A stretch of DNA of 64,000 bases. Source: Thermoproteota archaeon (GTDB taxonomy: Archaea > Korarchaeota > Korarchaeia > Korarchaeales > Korarchaeaceae). This document shows positions 8,032-18,154 of this stretch, in pieces. The notes under the pieces are model-generated. The model searched no databases and was not told the origin of the DNA. It was given only the letters and a program-made list of their open reading frames with translations. Made by a program: the position numbers and the translations under genes. Within the stretch, counting starts at the first letter, position 1; every line of letters starts with the position of its first letter. The stretch lies in the NCBI GenBank assembly GCA_026986575.1, contig JALSOH010000009.1, positions 203,444 to 267,443 on the forward strand. Reading direction: 5' to 3'.

Positions 8032-10602
8032 TCACGGAACCTCATACACCACTGTGATCTCCCCGTCCTGCACCTGATGGTCATAGTTGGCATCGATCCA
8101 TTCAACCACTATAAGCAGCTTACCGCTTGCCTCGTCCGGATGATTCAGCAGCCACATAAGCGCGGCCCTAGTCCCGAACCTGTTTACGCCCGCGACCCTC
8201 ACCACCATGTTGTCGCAGTCGAAGAGTATCGCGCCATAGTCCTTCTCTCCATATGTCGCTGTGTACACTTGATCCTTGACCCTCAGAGTGTTGTCCTCGA
8301 AGTAGACCTCGTACTGCTCCCATGGATACGGGATCACGTTAGGTCCACCGAGCACGATCACCTTCTTCTCCTCACTAGGTCCTGCCTTACCCGCCAGTCT
8401 GCTCAGCAGGTCCTGATTGAACTGAATGTCCTCGTACATGCCCCTGTACTTCATCTCCTTCGGAAATCCGAAGGGCAGGATGCATCCCTCGTAAACCGGT
8501 GCTGCGACAGGGATAGTTGGAGAAGGCGGTGGCGTTTCCCTCTCCTTGAAGTGCGCAATGACCTCGTGATCCCTGTTCATGGAGAAGGTCAGGGTGAGGC
8601 CAGATCCCCTGTTGGAGCCATCGAGCTCCCAGTGATCGAACTCGAAGCCAGCATGCGCGGTTGGATTGAGGCTGATAACCGTGCCTCTATCTATCTGGTA
8701 AGTGCCGACGTGGTAGGTGTGAGTGTCTCCAGCGGTAGAGGGGTTCGCCTTTATGGTGAGAGTGTACTGCTTCCAGTACACGGCCTTTATGGTACGGTCG
8801 TCGTTCATGGAGAAGGTGCTGCCGGACCAATGGGAGCCGTCCAGCTCCCAGTGATCGAACCTGTAGCCAGGGCACGAGCGATAGCTGGGAGATACATCCG
8901 TTCCTCTGTAGAGATCTGTCACGCTATCTCCATCGCCGTAGTCACCGTCGGGATCGGGTGGATTGTTCTGCGCACCAGCTGGGGGTGAGAAGTCCATGTG
9001 CACCGTGCATCCCACAGGGGCACCGAGTTCGTCTCTGACCTGAACATCCAGATCCACCAGTTTCCAATAAACCGCCCCCAGGGTCTTATCTCCGTCCATG
9101 GTGAAGGAGCATGCCCCCGTTCCGGAGCAAGGCCCACTCCAGTGATCGAAGTTGTAGCCACTGTAGGAGTTAGGTGAGGCAGTGATCTCCGTGCCGATGT
9201 CCATGGTCAGGGAATCCGAGTTGTCGTAATCTCCATCGCTGGGGATGTTGGGGTTGTGAGCTCCAGCAGGCGCGGTGAATGAGAGGTGTAAACTAGCCCC
9301 AACGGAGCCTCCTAAATCGTCCTCTATGTCGAAGTCGAGGGTCACCTGCTTCCAGTACACAGCCTTTATGGTGATGTCGCTATCTCCCACAGTGATCCCA
9401 GCTCCAGGGTCACCGCTCGCACCGCTCAGCTCCCAATGATCAAAGCGGTAACCTGAGCATGTGCCTGGGCTTGCAGTTATCACCGTGTACTTGTACACAT
9501 CCCTCAACGATGCACCATCAGCGTACCAGCCACTGTAATCGGGTGCCTGTTCTGCATTATCCGGCAGGGTGAACTGCAGCCTCACCTTGCATGAAGAGGG
9601 CATGCTGGCTCCGTCCTGATCCACGACCTCCACATTCACGTCAACCACTTTCCAGAAGAAAGCTGCCGCGGCCTTATCCTCGGTCATGGTTAAGGTGCAG
9701 TCGCCTGTACCGGTGCAGTCGCCGGTGGTATGGCCGTTCCAGGTCCCCCAGTGGTCGAACACTCTTTGACCGCATGGCGTGTTCGGGCTGAGCGTGATGG
9801 TCGTACCGTCATCGTACACCAGAGTATCTCCGTGGTAAGCATCCGACTTCCCGTTGTTATCGGCAGGTCTCGCGTGAATGGAGCATCCAGAGAGTGGGAA
9901 ACCGTCCTCATCACCTATTTTCACCTCAAGTCTCCAGGTCTTCACGAAGACCGCCGTCAGTGTGTGATCTCCATCCATGGTCACGGTGATGCTCGTATCA
10001 GTACCTGCATTGCTTCCATCCAGCACCCAGTGATCGAAGCGGTAGCCTGAGTTAGGACTGGCTGTTACGGTGACCTCCGTTCCCTCGTCGTACGTGAGAG
10101 TGCCGTCCGCCCCGGAAACTAGGTTGCGACCGTTCACATCGCTCGGTTTGGCCTTGACCCTTCCGGCATCGTCGGGATCGATATCGATGTAGAGATCCGC
10201 CCTCTGCTTCTTCAGATATAGGGTGGCCTCACCCACGCTTCCTTTAAGCTTGTACTCTAGGACTCCACCGCTGTTCCTTATCACATCAACGTTACCGGAT
10301 GCCTTCCAGTGATCGAAATCATAACCGGCGCATTCTCCCGGCCTGTAAGTGAACCTGTAATAGCCCTTGCCCCTGTATGCCGTTTGGCCGTCCATGAAGT
10401 TACCGACTAACTGGTACGAATCGCCCTCGTGTTCCTTGAACTCGACCTTCACAGCCTTGCATCCGGTCACATGCCGGCCCGTCTCGACATCCTTGACGTG
10501 CACATTGGAGTGACAAGCGGATGCCTGCTGGAGGATGAGCACGCTGCCCAACAAAAGGAGGGCTAGTCCCAGCATCACAAGACGACGTAATTCCACTGTC
10601 AT
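8032..10602 (-). CDS. Large secreted protein with ~7 InlB-B-like repeats and conserved C-terminal S-layer-like domain
   Basis: Signal peptide; seven FDHW repeat cores; C-terminal VLGGPNV...RVAGVNRFGTRAALMW...WIDANYD. Confidence 0.8.
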   Translation of the reverse strand: MTVELRRLVMLGLALLLLGSVLILQQASACHSNVHVKDVETGRHVTGCKAVKVEFKEHEGDSYQLVGNFMDGQTAYRGKGYYRFTYRPGECAGYDFDHWKASGNVDVIRNSGGVLEYKLKGSVGEATLYLKKQRADLYIDIDPDDAGRVKAKPSDVNGRNLVSGADGTLTYDEGTEVTVTASPNSGYRFDHWVLDGSNAGTDTSITVTMDGDHTLTAVFVKTWRLEVKIGDEDGFPLSGCSIHARPADNNGKSDAYHGDTLVYDDGTTITLSPNTPCGQRVFDHWGTWNGHTTGDCTGTGDCTLTMTEDKAAAAFFWKVVDVNVEVVDQDGASMPSSCKVRLQFTLPDNAEQAPDYSGWYADGASLRDVYKYTVITASPGTCSGYRFDHWELSGASGDPGAGITVGDSDITIKAVYWKQVTLDFDIEDDLGGSVGASLHLSFTAPAGAHNPNIPSDGDYDNSDSLTMDIGTEITASPNSYSGYNFDHWSGPCSGTGACSFTMDGDKTLGAVYWKLVDLDVQVRDELGAPVGCTVHMDFSPPAGAQNNPPDPDGDYGDGDSVTDLYRGTDVSPSYRSCPGYRFDHWELDGSHWSGSTFSMNDDRTIKAVYWKQYTLTIKANPSTAGDTHTYHVGTYQIDRGTVISLNPTAHAGFEFDHWELDGSNRGSGLTLTFSMNRDHEVIAHFKERETPPPSPTIPVAAPVYEGCILPFGFPKEMKYRGMYEDIQFNQDLLSRLAGKAGPSEEKKVIVLGGPNVIPYPWEQYEVYFEDNTLRVKDQVYTATYGEKDYGAILFDCDNMVVRVAGVNRFGTRAALMWLLNHPDEASGKLLIVVEWIDANYDHQVQDGEITVVYEVP

Positions 10603-10840
10603 AGAAAGTAACCTAAAAATTCGTAGAAAGTGTTCTTATAAGTCTTTTGGTTAAATTAACTCCGAAATCTATAGTCCGAATTCAAGTTCGTACGAGCTCT
10701 CGTGAGGCCGAGGGGAATAAAGCTTCTCATGGATCGACCAGTTTCAGGAAGATCGTGGGACCAGATGCGACGAATTCTTGGAGATAGTAAGAAGGAGCGG
10801 AGGAATAGAAACTGATAATTCTCACGCATGGATGCATTTA

Positions 10841-11662
10841 CTACCACTCAACAATGGGAGAGATCTCCCAGTATTCGACCTCACCATTGTCATTTAGGTC
10901 AATCCACTCCAGTATAATGAGATCTTTACCGACAAGAAATTCATACTCCTTGAGCAACCAGATCAGTCCAGCTCTGGTCCCGTATCTGGTGATTCCAGCT
11001 ATTCGAATGTCCCCATCATCTTTTATCAGTATGACAGCGTAGTCCCTTTTACCAAAAACAGCATTGAATCTATCATCCGCTACCACGAGGGAGCACTCTT
11101 GGAAGGACACATTATAGTTCCCCCAAGGGAAAGGGATAGCCATCGGGCCCCCTAGATACAAGACTCTGCTACCATTACCTTTTAAGTCGCCTATAAGATC
11201 TCCATTTAGGGATAAATCGATCTCTCCAGCGACCAACCTGTAATCCATCGGAAATCTCCATTCAGCGCCTCCGGCCATGCTTCCCGCTCCCTTTTCGTCT
11301 CCCTCACTCGAACTCACACTCTTCAAAGGAGCGACGAGGGTTTCTTTAACGAATAAAGCTCTCAAGAGGTGGTCTTCACTCATCTCAATCCTTATGATAG
11401 GTGAGTTCCTCCCGACCCTCTTGCCATCGATCTCCCACTGGTAGAAAACGTAGCCCTCGGCGGGTTCCGCCCTAACGGTGACTACCTGTCCTTCATCATA
11501 TGAGTGAATGCCGGGTGGGGGAAGTGTGGTGCCCTCACCCACGACGATTATCTCCAACGTGTGTGGGCCGGATGCCACAGTCTTAGGTACATATGCGATC
11601 AAAGATAGCAGCACCGCGACCACGATGACGACAGGGCCGAGTATACTGATTTTTCTTAGCAT
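10841..11662 (-). CDS. Secreted protein with one InlB-B-like repeat and conserved C-terminal S-layer-like domain
   Basis: Signal peptide; YDEGQVVTVRAEPAEGYVFYQW; YLGGP...RIAGITRYGTRAGLIW...WIDLNDNG. Confidence 0.75.
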   Translation of the reverse strand: MLRKISILGPVVIVVAVLLSLIAYVPKTVASGPHTLEIIVVGEGTTLPPPGIHSYDEGQVVTVRAEPAEGYVFYQWEIDGKRVGRNSPIIRIEMSEDHLLRALFVKETLVAPLKSVSSSEGDEKGAGSMAGGAEWRFPMDYRLVAGEIDLSLNGDLIGDLKGNGSRVLYLGGPMAIPFPWGNYNVSFQECSLVVADDRFNAVFGKRDYAVILIKDDGDIRIAGITRYGTRAGLIWLLKEYEFLVGKDLIILEWIDLNDNGEVEYWEISPIVEW

Positions 11663-12140
11663 CGCTATTTCTGAAATTTAGGTGGTAGGGTAGTAGATTT
11701 AAAGATATCCCAAGACGCCCATCGAGTGGAAGGGAATAGGACCTTCTCTTTTTTCATCATAACGGACGTTTAAAGTAACCAACTTCTCTATTCCATTTGA
11801 GGAAAACTACATGTCTCCACGGCTGGTGGTCCATTACGAACACAGATAGTAACCAGCTTGATGAAAGGACATCTACTCAAAGGACTTGCAGTCATAGGAG
11901 CGGAGGGGCCGATCCTGCTCTCGATGATTAGAGCGGACCTGTAAGCGATAAAGCCCCCGGTCACGTCGGTCCCCATTCTTCATGGAGTGTCTTCGCGTAA
12001 AATATTTTATCGGCTCTTCCCGACTCACCGCGATTCTCCTCCCCATGAGACACACAACGTTCCACATTTCGTTGAATTACTTCGAAAAAAATGTAGTTTA
12101 AGGAAATATTTTTATTACATCACCGGTACAATCTTAAACG

Positions 12141-13295
12141 GTGGTGCGAGTAGGCTCCCTGCGCGTCTTGGCGATCGTTGCGGTGCTCTTTGCTTCCCTA
12201 CTTCTTATAGGTCTGTTATCCTCCTTTGGGGCACCAAAAAGTTGTTCTTCAACGACGACTGTCACAATACATGATGAGGACGAAGTCTCGAAGCTCAGAG
12301 AGGAAAACGAGAAATTGAGGAATGAAATAGCGAGATTGAGGGCCGAGATACAGGACCTCAAATCGAAGTTATCGGCTCTAAGGGAAGGTAAGATTGGGTG
12401 GAATGAGACCAGCACTAGGACTGAATCCATTAACCTAGAGGACCGCGTTCGCGAGCTCTCCGATAGAATGCAGAAATTGAATGAGAGCTACCGCAGCCTC
12501 AGGATGAAGTATGACGAACTGCTGCAGAAATACAACGAGCTCAAGACGGAGCATGAGCAGCTCAAGAGGAAGTACAACGACTTGCTGTCTAGGTATGAGA
12601 ACCTGAGCGAGAGCATGAGCGTTCTGAAGAGATACAGATCCTCAGCCGTGGTCGTGAGGAGTTACGTGAAGGAGGCCAGAGATTTCCTGAACACAAGCAC
12701 GTACAAGGAAGAGTTCTACGATTGGAGATTATGGATGATAGGCGAGAACTATAACTCCCAGATGAGGGGCGCCGTGGCCAACAGGAGCATCGCCAAGATA
12801 TTCGCCCTCATGGTGGAGAGGGATCTCAAATACAACCACGAATTGTACAGGAAGATGTTGGAGGAATGGCTTCGTTACCATCCCGCCAATGACACCGTGC
12901 CCCTCGCTAATGAGGTTGCCAGGCTGTTCTATTCGTTGGATCACCGGTACGCAGTTCCGGGGAAGGATGAGCCCAACGCTGAACTGCCCCTGTTTCCTAT
13001 CGAGCTGCTCGCCTACGGTCTGGGCGACTGTGAGGATCACGCCATGTTGATGGCGGCCCTCTACAAGGTTGCCGGGATAAGGACGGCGATAGTCGTTGTG
13101 AAGGATCACACCGATGTCGCGATAGACATCAACGGTTCATGGATTTTCCTGGAGTCGTCCCTGCATAAATCCGATCAGGAGGACATGCCCAGTGGATTCT
13201 ACTCGAGCGTAACCATCTGGGAGCTCCAGAAGGAGTTCAGGGAGAGATGGGGGGGATATCCGGCCTACTTCGTGGAGGTAGGATCGGAAAGCTGA
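12141..13295 (+). CDS. Membrane-tethered coiled-coil protein with C-terminal transglutaminase-like (Cys-His) domain
   Basis: N-terminal TM segment, long heptad region, then GDCEDHAMLMAAL...KDHTDVAI...WIFLE. Confidence 0.75.
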   Translation: MVRVGSLRVLAIVAVLFASLLLIGLLSSFGAPKSCSSTTTVTIHDEDEVSKLREENEKLRNEIARLRAEIQDLKSKLSALREGKIGWNETSTRTESINLEDRVRELSDRMQKLNESYRSLRMKYDELLQKYNELKTEHEQLKRKYNDLLSRYENLSESMSVLKRYRSSAVVVRSYVKEARDFLNTSTYKEEFYDWRLWMIGENYNSQMRGAVANRSIAKIFALMVERDLKYNHELYRKMLEEWLRYHPANDTVPLANEVARLFYSLDHRYAVPGKDEPNAELPLFPIELLAYGLGDCEDHAMLMAALYKVAGIRTAIVVVKDHTDVAIDINGSWIFLESSLHKSDQEDMPSGFYSSVTIWELQKEFRERWGGYPAYFVEVGSES

Positions 13296-13422
13296 ATAAT
13301 CCGTCTCCCGAACTTATCCCCCGTCGGGGATCAATCGAGCCCCGATCCCGTCTCGACCTTCGATGGCCACCAAGCAAAGGCAATACCTTCATTTTTAACT
13401 AAACCATCCCGGGAGAAGCTCG

Positions 13423-14553
13423 ATGGAGAATCGGAAGCTGGTGGTGAACCTTGCATCCGTGGCTCTCTACTTCCTCTCTCTATGGCTCGTAGCTTCCGTA
13501 CTCGCTCGTTACGCTAGGGACCTAGGAATAGGTCTCACGGAGATAAGCGTGGTTTGGTCAGCTATCTCGCTGGTCACTCTGGTTATGAGGCCCATAACTG
13601 GCTACTTAGCGGACAGGTGGTCGAGCAATGCGACCATGTTCATAGGCTCCGTCTTTTCACTCCTGTCCTCGATCATCTTCCTACATGCATCCAACTTCAC
13701 GTCGCTACTTATGGGGAGGGTTGTGCAGGGCTTGGGTAACTCTTTCTTCATCGCTCCCTCAGCCGTGGCCGTGGCATCCAGCGCATCCAGTGTGGGCCTC
13801 GCTCTGGGCCTCAGATCCATGCTCATATCCCTTGGAGGTGTACTGGGACCTCCGGCGGCTGGACTGCTGGTTGACTCCTTCGGTTACTGGGCGGTCTTCA
13901 CCCTAGCTGCGATATCCTCACTGATCATAGCCGCGATGAATGTCCGCATGAGAGGTGAAACCAGCGAGAGGAGGAGGGGAAGGGCCGGATGGGGAGACGC
14001 CGTAGGTGGGGTCGTTCTCCTTACCATGTCCCTGGCCGCCTTGGGTGGGGCCGCCCTGATGGTCATCTTGGAACTGGTTCAAGTCCACTACAGGGATCTC
14101 GGCTACGGAGCTTCCATCTTCGGGTACTTCAGCATGTTCTTCGGAGCCGCTGGCCTCATATCAAGGTACCTGTCGGGGAGGATGGCAGAGAGCAGACCCA
14201 TGGCTGCCATATCTCTAGGTTACGGGATCATGCTACTCTCACTCGTGGCCCTCTCTATCTGGTACATCCCTCCACTGAGCTACGGTATCGCCGCCCTGTT
14301 TGGCTTGGGCCTCGGATTCACGGTTCCGGCCCAACAGTACGTGACCATTGAGTTGGTCCCTGAGGGTGCGAGAAATAGGGCAATGGCCCTATACTCTATG
14401 GGGGCCGACGTGGGTCGCTTCTCAGGTCCCATAGTCATGAGCTTCGTCGCCTCGCTGTCGGATTACTCCCGAGCATATCTCTTCACGGCCTTGTTTCCCC
14501 TAGCATCGGCCCCCATGCTGATCATGCTGTCGAGGAGGATGAGGGATGCGTGA
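13423..14553 (+). CDS. MFS transporter
   Basis: About 12 hydrophobic segments; GYLADRW motif A; GRVVQGLG; GPPAAGLL. Confidence 0.85.
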   Translation: MENRKLVVNLASVALYFLSLWLVASVLARYARDLGIGLTEISVVWSAISLVTLVMRPITGYLADRWSSNATMFIGSVFSLLSSIIFLHASNFTSLLMGRVVQGLGNSFFIAPSAVAVASSASSVGLALGLRSMLISLGGVLGPPAAGLLVDSFGYWAVFTLAAISSLIIAAMNVRMRGETSERRRGRAGWGDAVGGVVLLTMSLAALGGAALMVILELVQVHYRDLGYGASIFGYFSMFFGAAGLISRYLSGRMAESRPMAAISLGYGIMLLSLVALSIWYIPPLSYGIAALFGLGLGFTVPAQQYVTIELVPEGARNRAMALYSMGADVGRFSGPIVMSFVASLSDYSRAYLFTALFPLASAPMLIMLSRRMRDA

Positions 14554-16402
14554 ACTCCAAGGTAAAAGGCTCTACCTCCGCATTCTGGGATCCTGCATCA
14601 GGATCTTAGAGGAGTACCTCGACCTCAGCGATCTCCAATCTCTGAAAATCCCGCTCTTGAGCGAACTACCACGAGAGGTTGTGGAGAGGGCCAGGGAGGA
14701 GAGACCCCTGTCCCTGCATCGATGCCAGCTCATGGTTCAGAGGACCGTTGGTTCAGATAGGAGGAGGGAACTGGCCGTGTACTACTCGAAGGACGAGGCG
14801 CTCCGGCTCATGGAGGAGGCGCTGGACTTGGTGGAGGGCGACATAGTGCTGGGCGATCCCTTCATGGGTTCCGGGAGAACGCTCTCCCACCTATTGTCTC
14901 TGGCTAAGGATAGGGTAATCAAGGTGTGGGGTGTGGAGAGGCTCCATCTACCGGCGTTGGTAGCGTTCACCTCTCTCCTCCATATCTTGGAGGGTGAAGG
15001 GGGAATCTTGGATGTGAGGGTGGGGGATGCCTTCACCATGTATCTCAGGGGGGAGCTCCCATCTTCCAACCTGATAGCCACTAATCCGCCCTTCACCAGG
15101 TGGGACAAGCTTCCTGAGGATTACAGGAGGGCGCTGGTGGAAACATTCAGGAGAACCCATCCGGAGTTCGTGGGTAGGGGATCCATCAGCCTCCAAGCCC
15201 TAGCGATGCTACTGATCGACGGCATTCTCGAGGACGGGGGTGTTGTGGCGACAGTGCTCCCAGCTTCCACATTTTACACGATATACGGGAGGGGGTACAA
15301 GAGGCTCCTCAGGGAGAGCTATCACTTGGCGCTGCTGGCTGAAGGACGGGACTCCTTCTCTGAGGGAAGTGGATTCAAGGAGCTGGTACTCGTGGCTATA
15401 AAAGGAGCGAGAAGAGGCCTTACAAAGGTCCTGAACGCGTCGGGTAAACGCTCTCTCCTCGACTTGAGGGAAATACCCACATTCTTTGACAGGAATTGGC
15501 TGTCCCTCTTCGACCGGGATCTTCGCGATCTCGTGCTCAAGTTCGTTGGTCCGGCACTCAGGGCCGGGACCCTCGTGAGGCTCTCGGATTTGGGAGTGCG
15601 AGTGGTCAGGGGAGTTGAGATGTATGGCCCCCAGTTCTTCTTCCTCCCCAACGGGTACTGGGATCTCAAGCCGGGCGACTCGGACTTCATCCTCTCTGAC
15701 GGTCGGGAGCTTAGGATAGGCGGGAAATACTTGGTGAAAGCCCTGAGGAGGCCATCCCTGTACTCAAGCTCAATAGAGGTGGATGTAGGGACCTATTTGC
15801 TCGCCGTGCCCCCCGTACCATTGGAGGACCTTCCAAGGGACTTGGTGGAATTCATCAGGTGGGGCTTGGAGGAAGGCACCGCCGCCCCGGCAGTCAAATC
15901 TAAAGGAAGCAGGTGGTACAGCCATGTCTGGAGACAGCTCAGGACTAAGAAGCCCTTCGGATACCTCTTCCTCCCCGACAAGGTGGGCGATCCCCTTAGG
16001 AGATCCTCCTTGGCCAACCTGACGGGAGAGAAAGTGACAGCCTCCAAGAACTTCTACATTGTGATCACGAGTAGGATGAGGTCTTTGATGTTGGCAGCGT
16101 GGTACAACAGCACGTTCTTCGCTTCGCTGCTCACGCTCATGGGTAGGAAGATATCGGGGAGGTGGACCCGCTTCCTCCTCGCTGACTACTTGGAGATGCC
16201 TGTGCCGAGGGGGGAGGATGAAGGAGTAATAAGCGCCTTCAGGGAGCTCTCGAAGGACCCGAGGCCTATTGAAGAGGAATTATCCGCCGAGGGAAGCAGG
16301 TATCGTCTGGATATGGCCCTAGGCAGGGCTCTATCTGTACCAAAGGTGGACCGGCTACTGGAATCACTGTATTCGAAACTGGCGGACCTAGCGATGGAGT
16401 GA
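14546..16402 (+). CDS. N6-adenine/N4-cytosine DNA methyltransferase (gamma-class motif order) with C-terminal target-recognition-like region
   Basis: Motif I DPFMGSG followed by motif IV ATNPPF; VLPAS; C-terminal AWYNST...EMPVP resembling TaqI-like TRDs. Confidence 0.75.
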   Translation: MRELQGKRLYLRILGSCIRILEEYLDLSDLQSLKIPLLSELPREVVERAREERPLSLHRCQLMVQRTVGSDRRRELAVYYSKDEALRLMEEALDLVEGDIVLGDPFMGSGRTLSHLLSLAKDRVIKVWGVERLHLPALVAFTSLLHILEGEGGILDVRVGDAFTMYLRGELPSSNLIATNPPFTRWDKLPEDYRRALVETFRRTHPEFVGRGSISLQALAMLLIDGILEDGGVVATVLPASTFYTIYGRGYKRLLRESYHLALLAEGRDSFSEGSGFKELVLVAIKGARRGLTKVLNASGKRSLLDLREIPTFFDRNWLSLFDRDLRDLVLKFVGPALRAGTLVRLSDLGVRVVRGVEMYGPQFFFLPNGYWDLKPGDSDFILSDGRELRIGGKYLVKALRRPSLYSSSIEVDVGTYLLAVPPVPLEDLPRDLVEFIRWGLEEGTAAPAVKSKGSRWYSHVWRQLRTKKPFGYLFLPDKVGDPLRRSSLANLTGEKVTASKNFYIVITSRMRSLMLAAWYNSTFFASLLTLMGRKISGRWTRFLLADYLEMPVPRGEDEGVISAFRELSKDPRPIEEELSAEGSRYRLDMALGRALSVPKVDRLLESLYSKLADLAME

Positions 16403-16432
16403 TTTTTAGGGTATTATGGAGGGGGCGGGCAC

Positions 16433-16972
16433 ATGCAACCATGGGCGCTGCTTCTCGGCTCGGCATTCGGTGCCTTCATAGGGTACGCGGCCAACAGGGT
16501 GGCGATATGGATGCTCTTCCATCCTAGGAAGGCCATACGGCTGGGTCCCATTAGGGTGCAGGGGGTGTTCCCCAAGAGGAGGAGGGAAATTGCCGAGAAC
16601 ATAGCCAATACTGTTGAGAGAAATATCCTCTCCCCGGAAGATGTTAGGGAGATGATCTCGGAGGCCGTGGAACTAAAACTGAGGGAAGTTAAGTTGCCAA
16701 TCCCGCTTCCTTCGGAGACGAGGGAGATGTTGGAACTAGCTATAATAAGGGTCGTGGTAACTGTGACTACGTCTCTTCTCTCTCAGATGAGCGAGAACAT
16801 GAGCGTGAGCGAGTTCATTTTAAGGAAGTTCGAGGAGGTGAGCGATGAGGAACTTGAGAGGATGTTTCTAGATGCCGTGGGTAAGGAACTCAGGTACATC
16901 GCTCTGAACGACGCCCTCATCGGTGCCCTAGTTGGCGCCCTTGAGATGGCCCTCCTCTCGTTCCTCCACTGA
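16433..16972 (+). CDS. DUF445-family membrane protein
   Basis: GAFIGYAANRVAIWMLFHP...QGVFPKRRREIA...KELRYI...GALVG signature. Confidence 0.8.
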   Translation: MQPWALLLGSAFGAFIGYAANRVAIWMLFHPRKAIRLGPIRVQGVFPKRRREIAENIANTVERNILSPEDVREMISEAVELKLREVKLPIPLPSETREMLELAIIRVVVTVTTSLLSQMSENMSVSEFILRKFEEVSDEELERMFLDAVGKELRYIALNDALIGALVGALEMALLSFLH

Positions 16973-17039
16973 TTTCTTTAACATTCGATGACGTAGAAGA
17001 ATTATGGGCTGATGTGGGGCCATCAATGAGCAGTTCAGG

Positions 17040-17400
17040 ATGGAGGGAAGCGTTCGATTTCTTGAAGAAGGGACCACCTCAATAAAATCAGGTGCGAACC
17101 TGAAAGAGGCAGCTAGACTCAGAAAAGAGCATGACATCGGTTTTACCGATAATTGAAGAGTCGGGGCCACTTGGTTGGTGTCCTATCTGAGGGGGACACA
17201 ACTAGGCTCTCATCTAGGGCGAGGTGTACTCCAAGGTATTTGGAAGTCGTGAGGACCGACATGATCATAGCGAGCGACGATACCGTAGCTATTACTGCCT
17301 AACTCCTAGACGAATAGGGATCGGGAACCTAGTAGTGGTAGGAAGGTGAATTGGAGGGGGTTTCCCACAAAGGCCTCCATAGGGTCCTGACCTGCGGTGA
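17040..17400 (+). pseudogene. Degraded CBS-domain gene
   Basis: Fragments in shifting frames: SIKSGANLKEAARLRKEHDIG / PIIEE / HLVGVLSEGD / GIGNLVVV, interrupted by stops and frameshifts. Boundaries approximate. Confidence 0.5.
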
Positions 17401-17432
17401 GGAGCCCTCCTCTCGTTCCTCTTCCAACCCTT

Positions 17433-17882
17433 TTAGGATGAGGGCACCATACGCTGAAACTCGTAGGGCGTGATTACAAGGGAAGTGGACCATCCTCTAT
17501 CTTCTAGGAATTTAATGAAGCTCCTGTCAATTGTCAGGAAAAAGAGGTTTGATTCCTTGGCTGATGCATAGAGGAGGTTATCTATTAAGTCCTTGTGGCC
17601 AGAATCGTAAATTCTGAACGCCAGAGAGTAGGCGCTAGGTCCTGGAATCAGCAGGTCGTAAGTAAGCCTCACAGCCTCTAATCCCAGTTCAAACGGCTCA
17701 GAATTGAGTCCCAGTTTAGTATAAATCCAAGAAGCCTCCAACAGGCTCACTTCCATGTAATGGACCCTCACTTCCCTGAATAGGGGGATCACCTCTTCAG
17801 CTTCCCTTTCAACCTCCATGCCAAGGGTGGGTAGGAGGAATGTCGTGTCAATCAGCACGTCCAGCTTCTTCCTGTCTCTCAA
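17433..17882 (-). CDS. vapC: PIN-domain toxin
   Basis: VLIDTTFLLP, SLLE, HKDLIDNLLYA, FLTID. Confidence 0.85.
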   Translation of the reverse strand: MRDRKKLDVLIDTTFLLPTLGMEVEREAEEVIPLFREVRVHYMEVSLLEASWIYTKLGLNSEPFELGLEAVRLTYDLLIPGPSAYSLAFRIYDSGHKDLIDNLLYASAKESNLFFLTIDRSFIKFLEDRGWSTSLVITPYEFQRMVPSS

Positions 17883-18096
17883 GACTCTCCTCCTCCAGCT
17901 CTTCTAGGGTCACTTTGGCGACCTTCTTCCCATGTAAAGCCAACCAGACCGCGTCCTTCTTGGGTTCTATGATAATCTTCTCACCCTCGACCTTCATAGC
18001 TACTAAGGTTCCCTCCTCAATTCCCACACTCTGGGCGATCTTCTTGGGGATCACTATAGTCCGACGCCTCCCGACCCTTACCTCTACTACTGACAT
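17848..18096 (-). CDS. AbrB/MazE-family antitoxin
   Basis: VRVGRRRTIVIPKKIAQSVGIEEG motif; overlaps the toxin gene. Confidence 0.85.
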   Translation of the reverse strand: MSVVEVRVGRRRTIVIPKKIAQSVGIEEGTLVAMKVEGEKIIIEPKKDAVWLALHGKKVAKVTLEELEEESLERQEEAGRAD

Positions 18097-18154
18097 CAGA
18101 AAACAACAACTTTCTGAAAATATAATATTTCTGATTCTGATGCGTTCTACCAGC

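Noticed and set aside
8077-8988. Long antisense ORFs (also 40903-41631, 47754-48560, 59989-60801)
   Set aside because: They lie opposite well-supported genes and have no motifs; shadow ORFs caused by codon bias.
11700-12130. Short ORFs in the gap between the repeat array and the transglutaminase-like gene
   Set aside because: Overlapping 60-95 aa ORFs with no motifs or RBS; no RNA structure that I can support.
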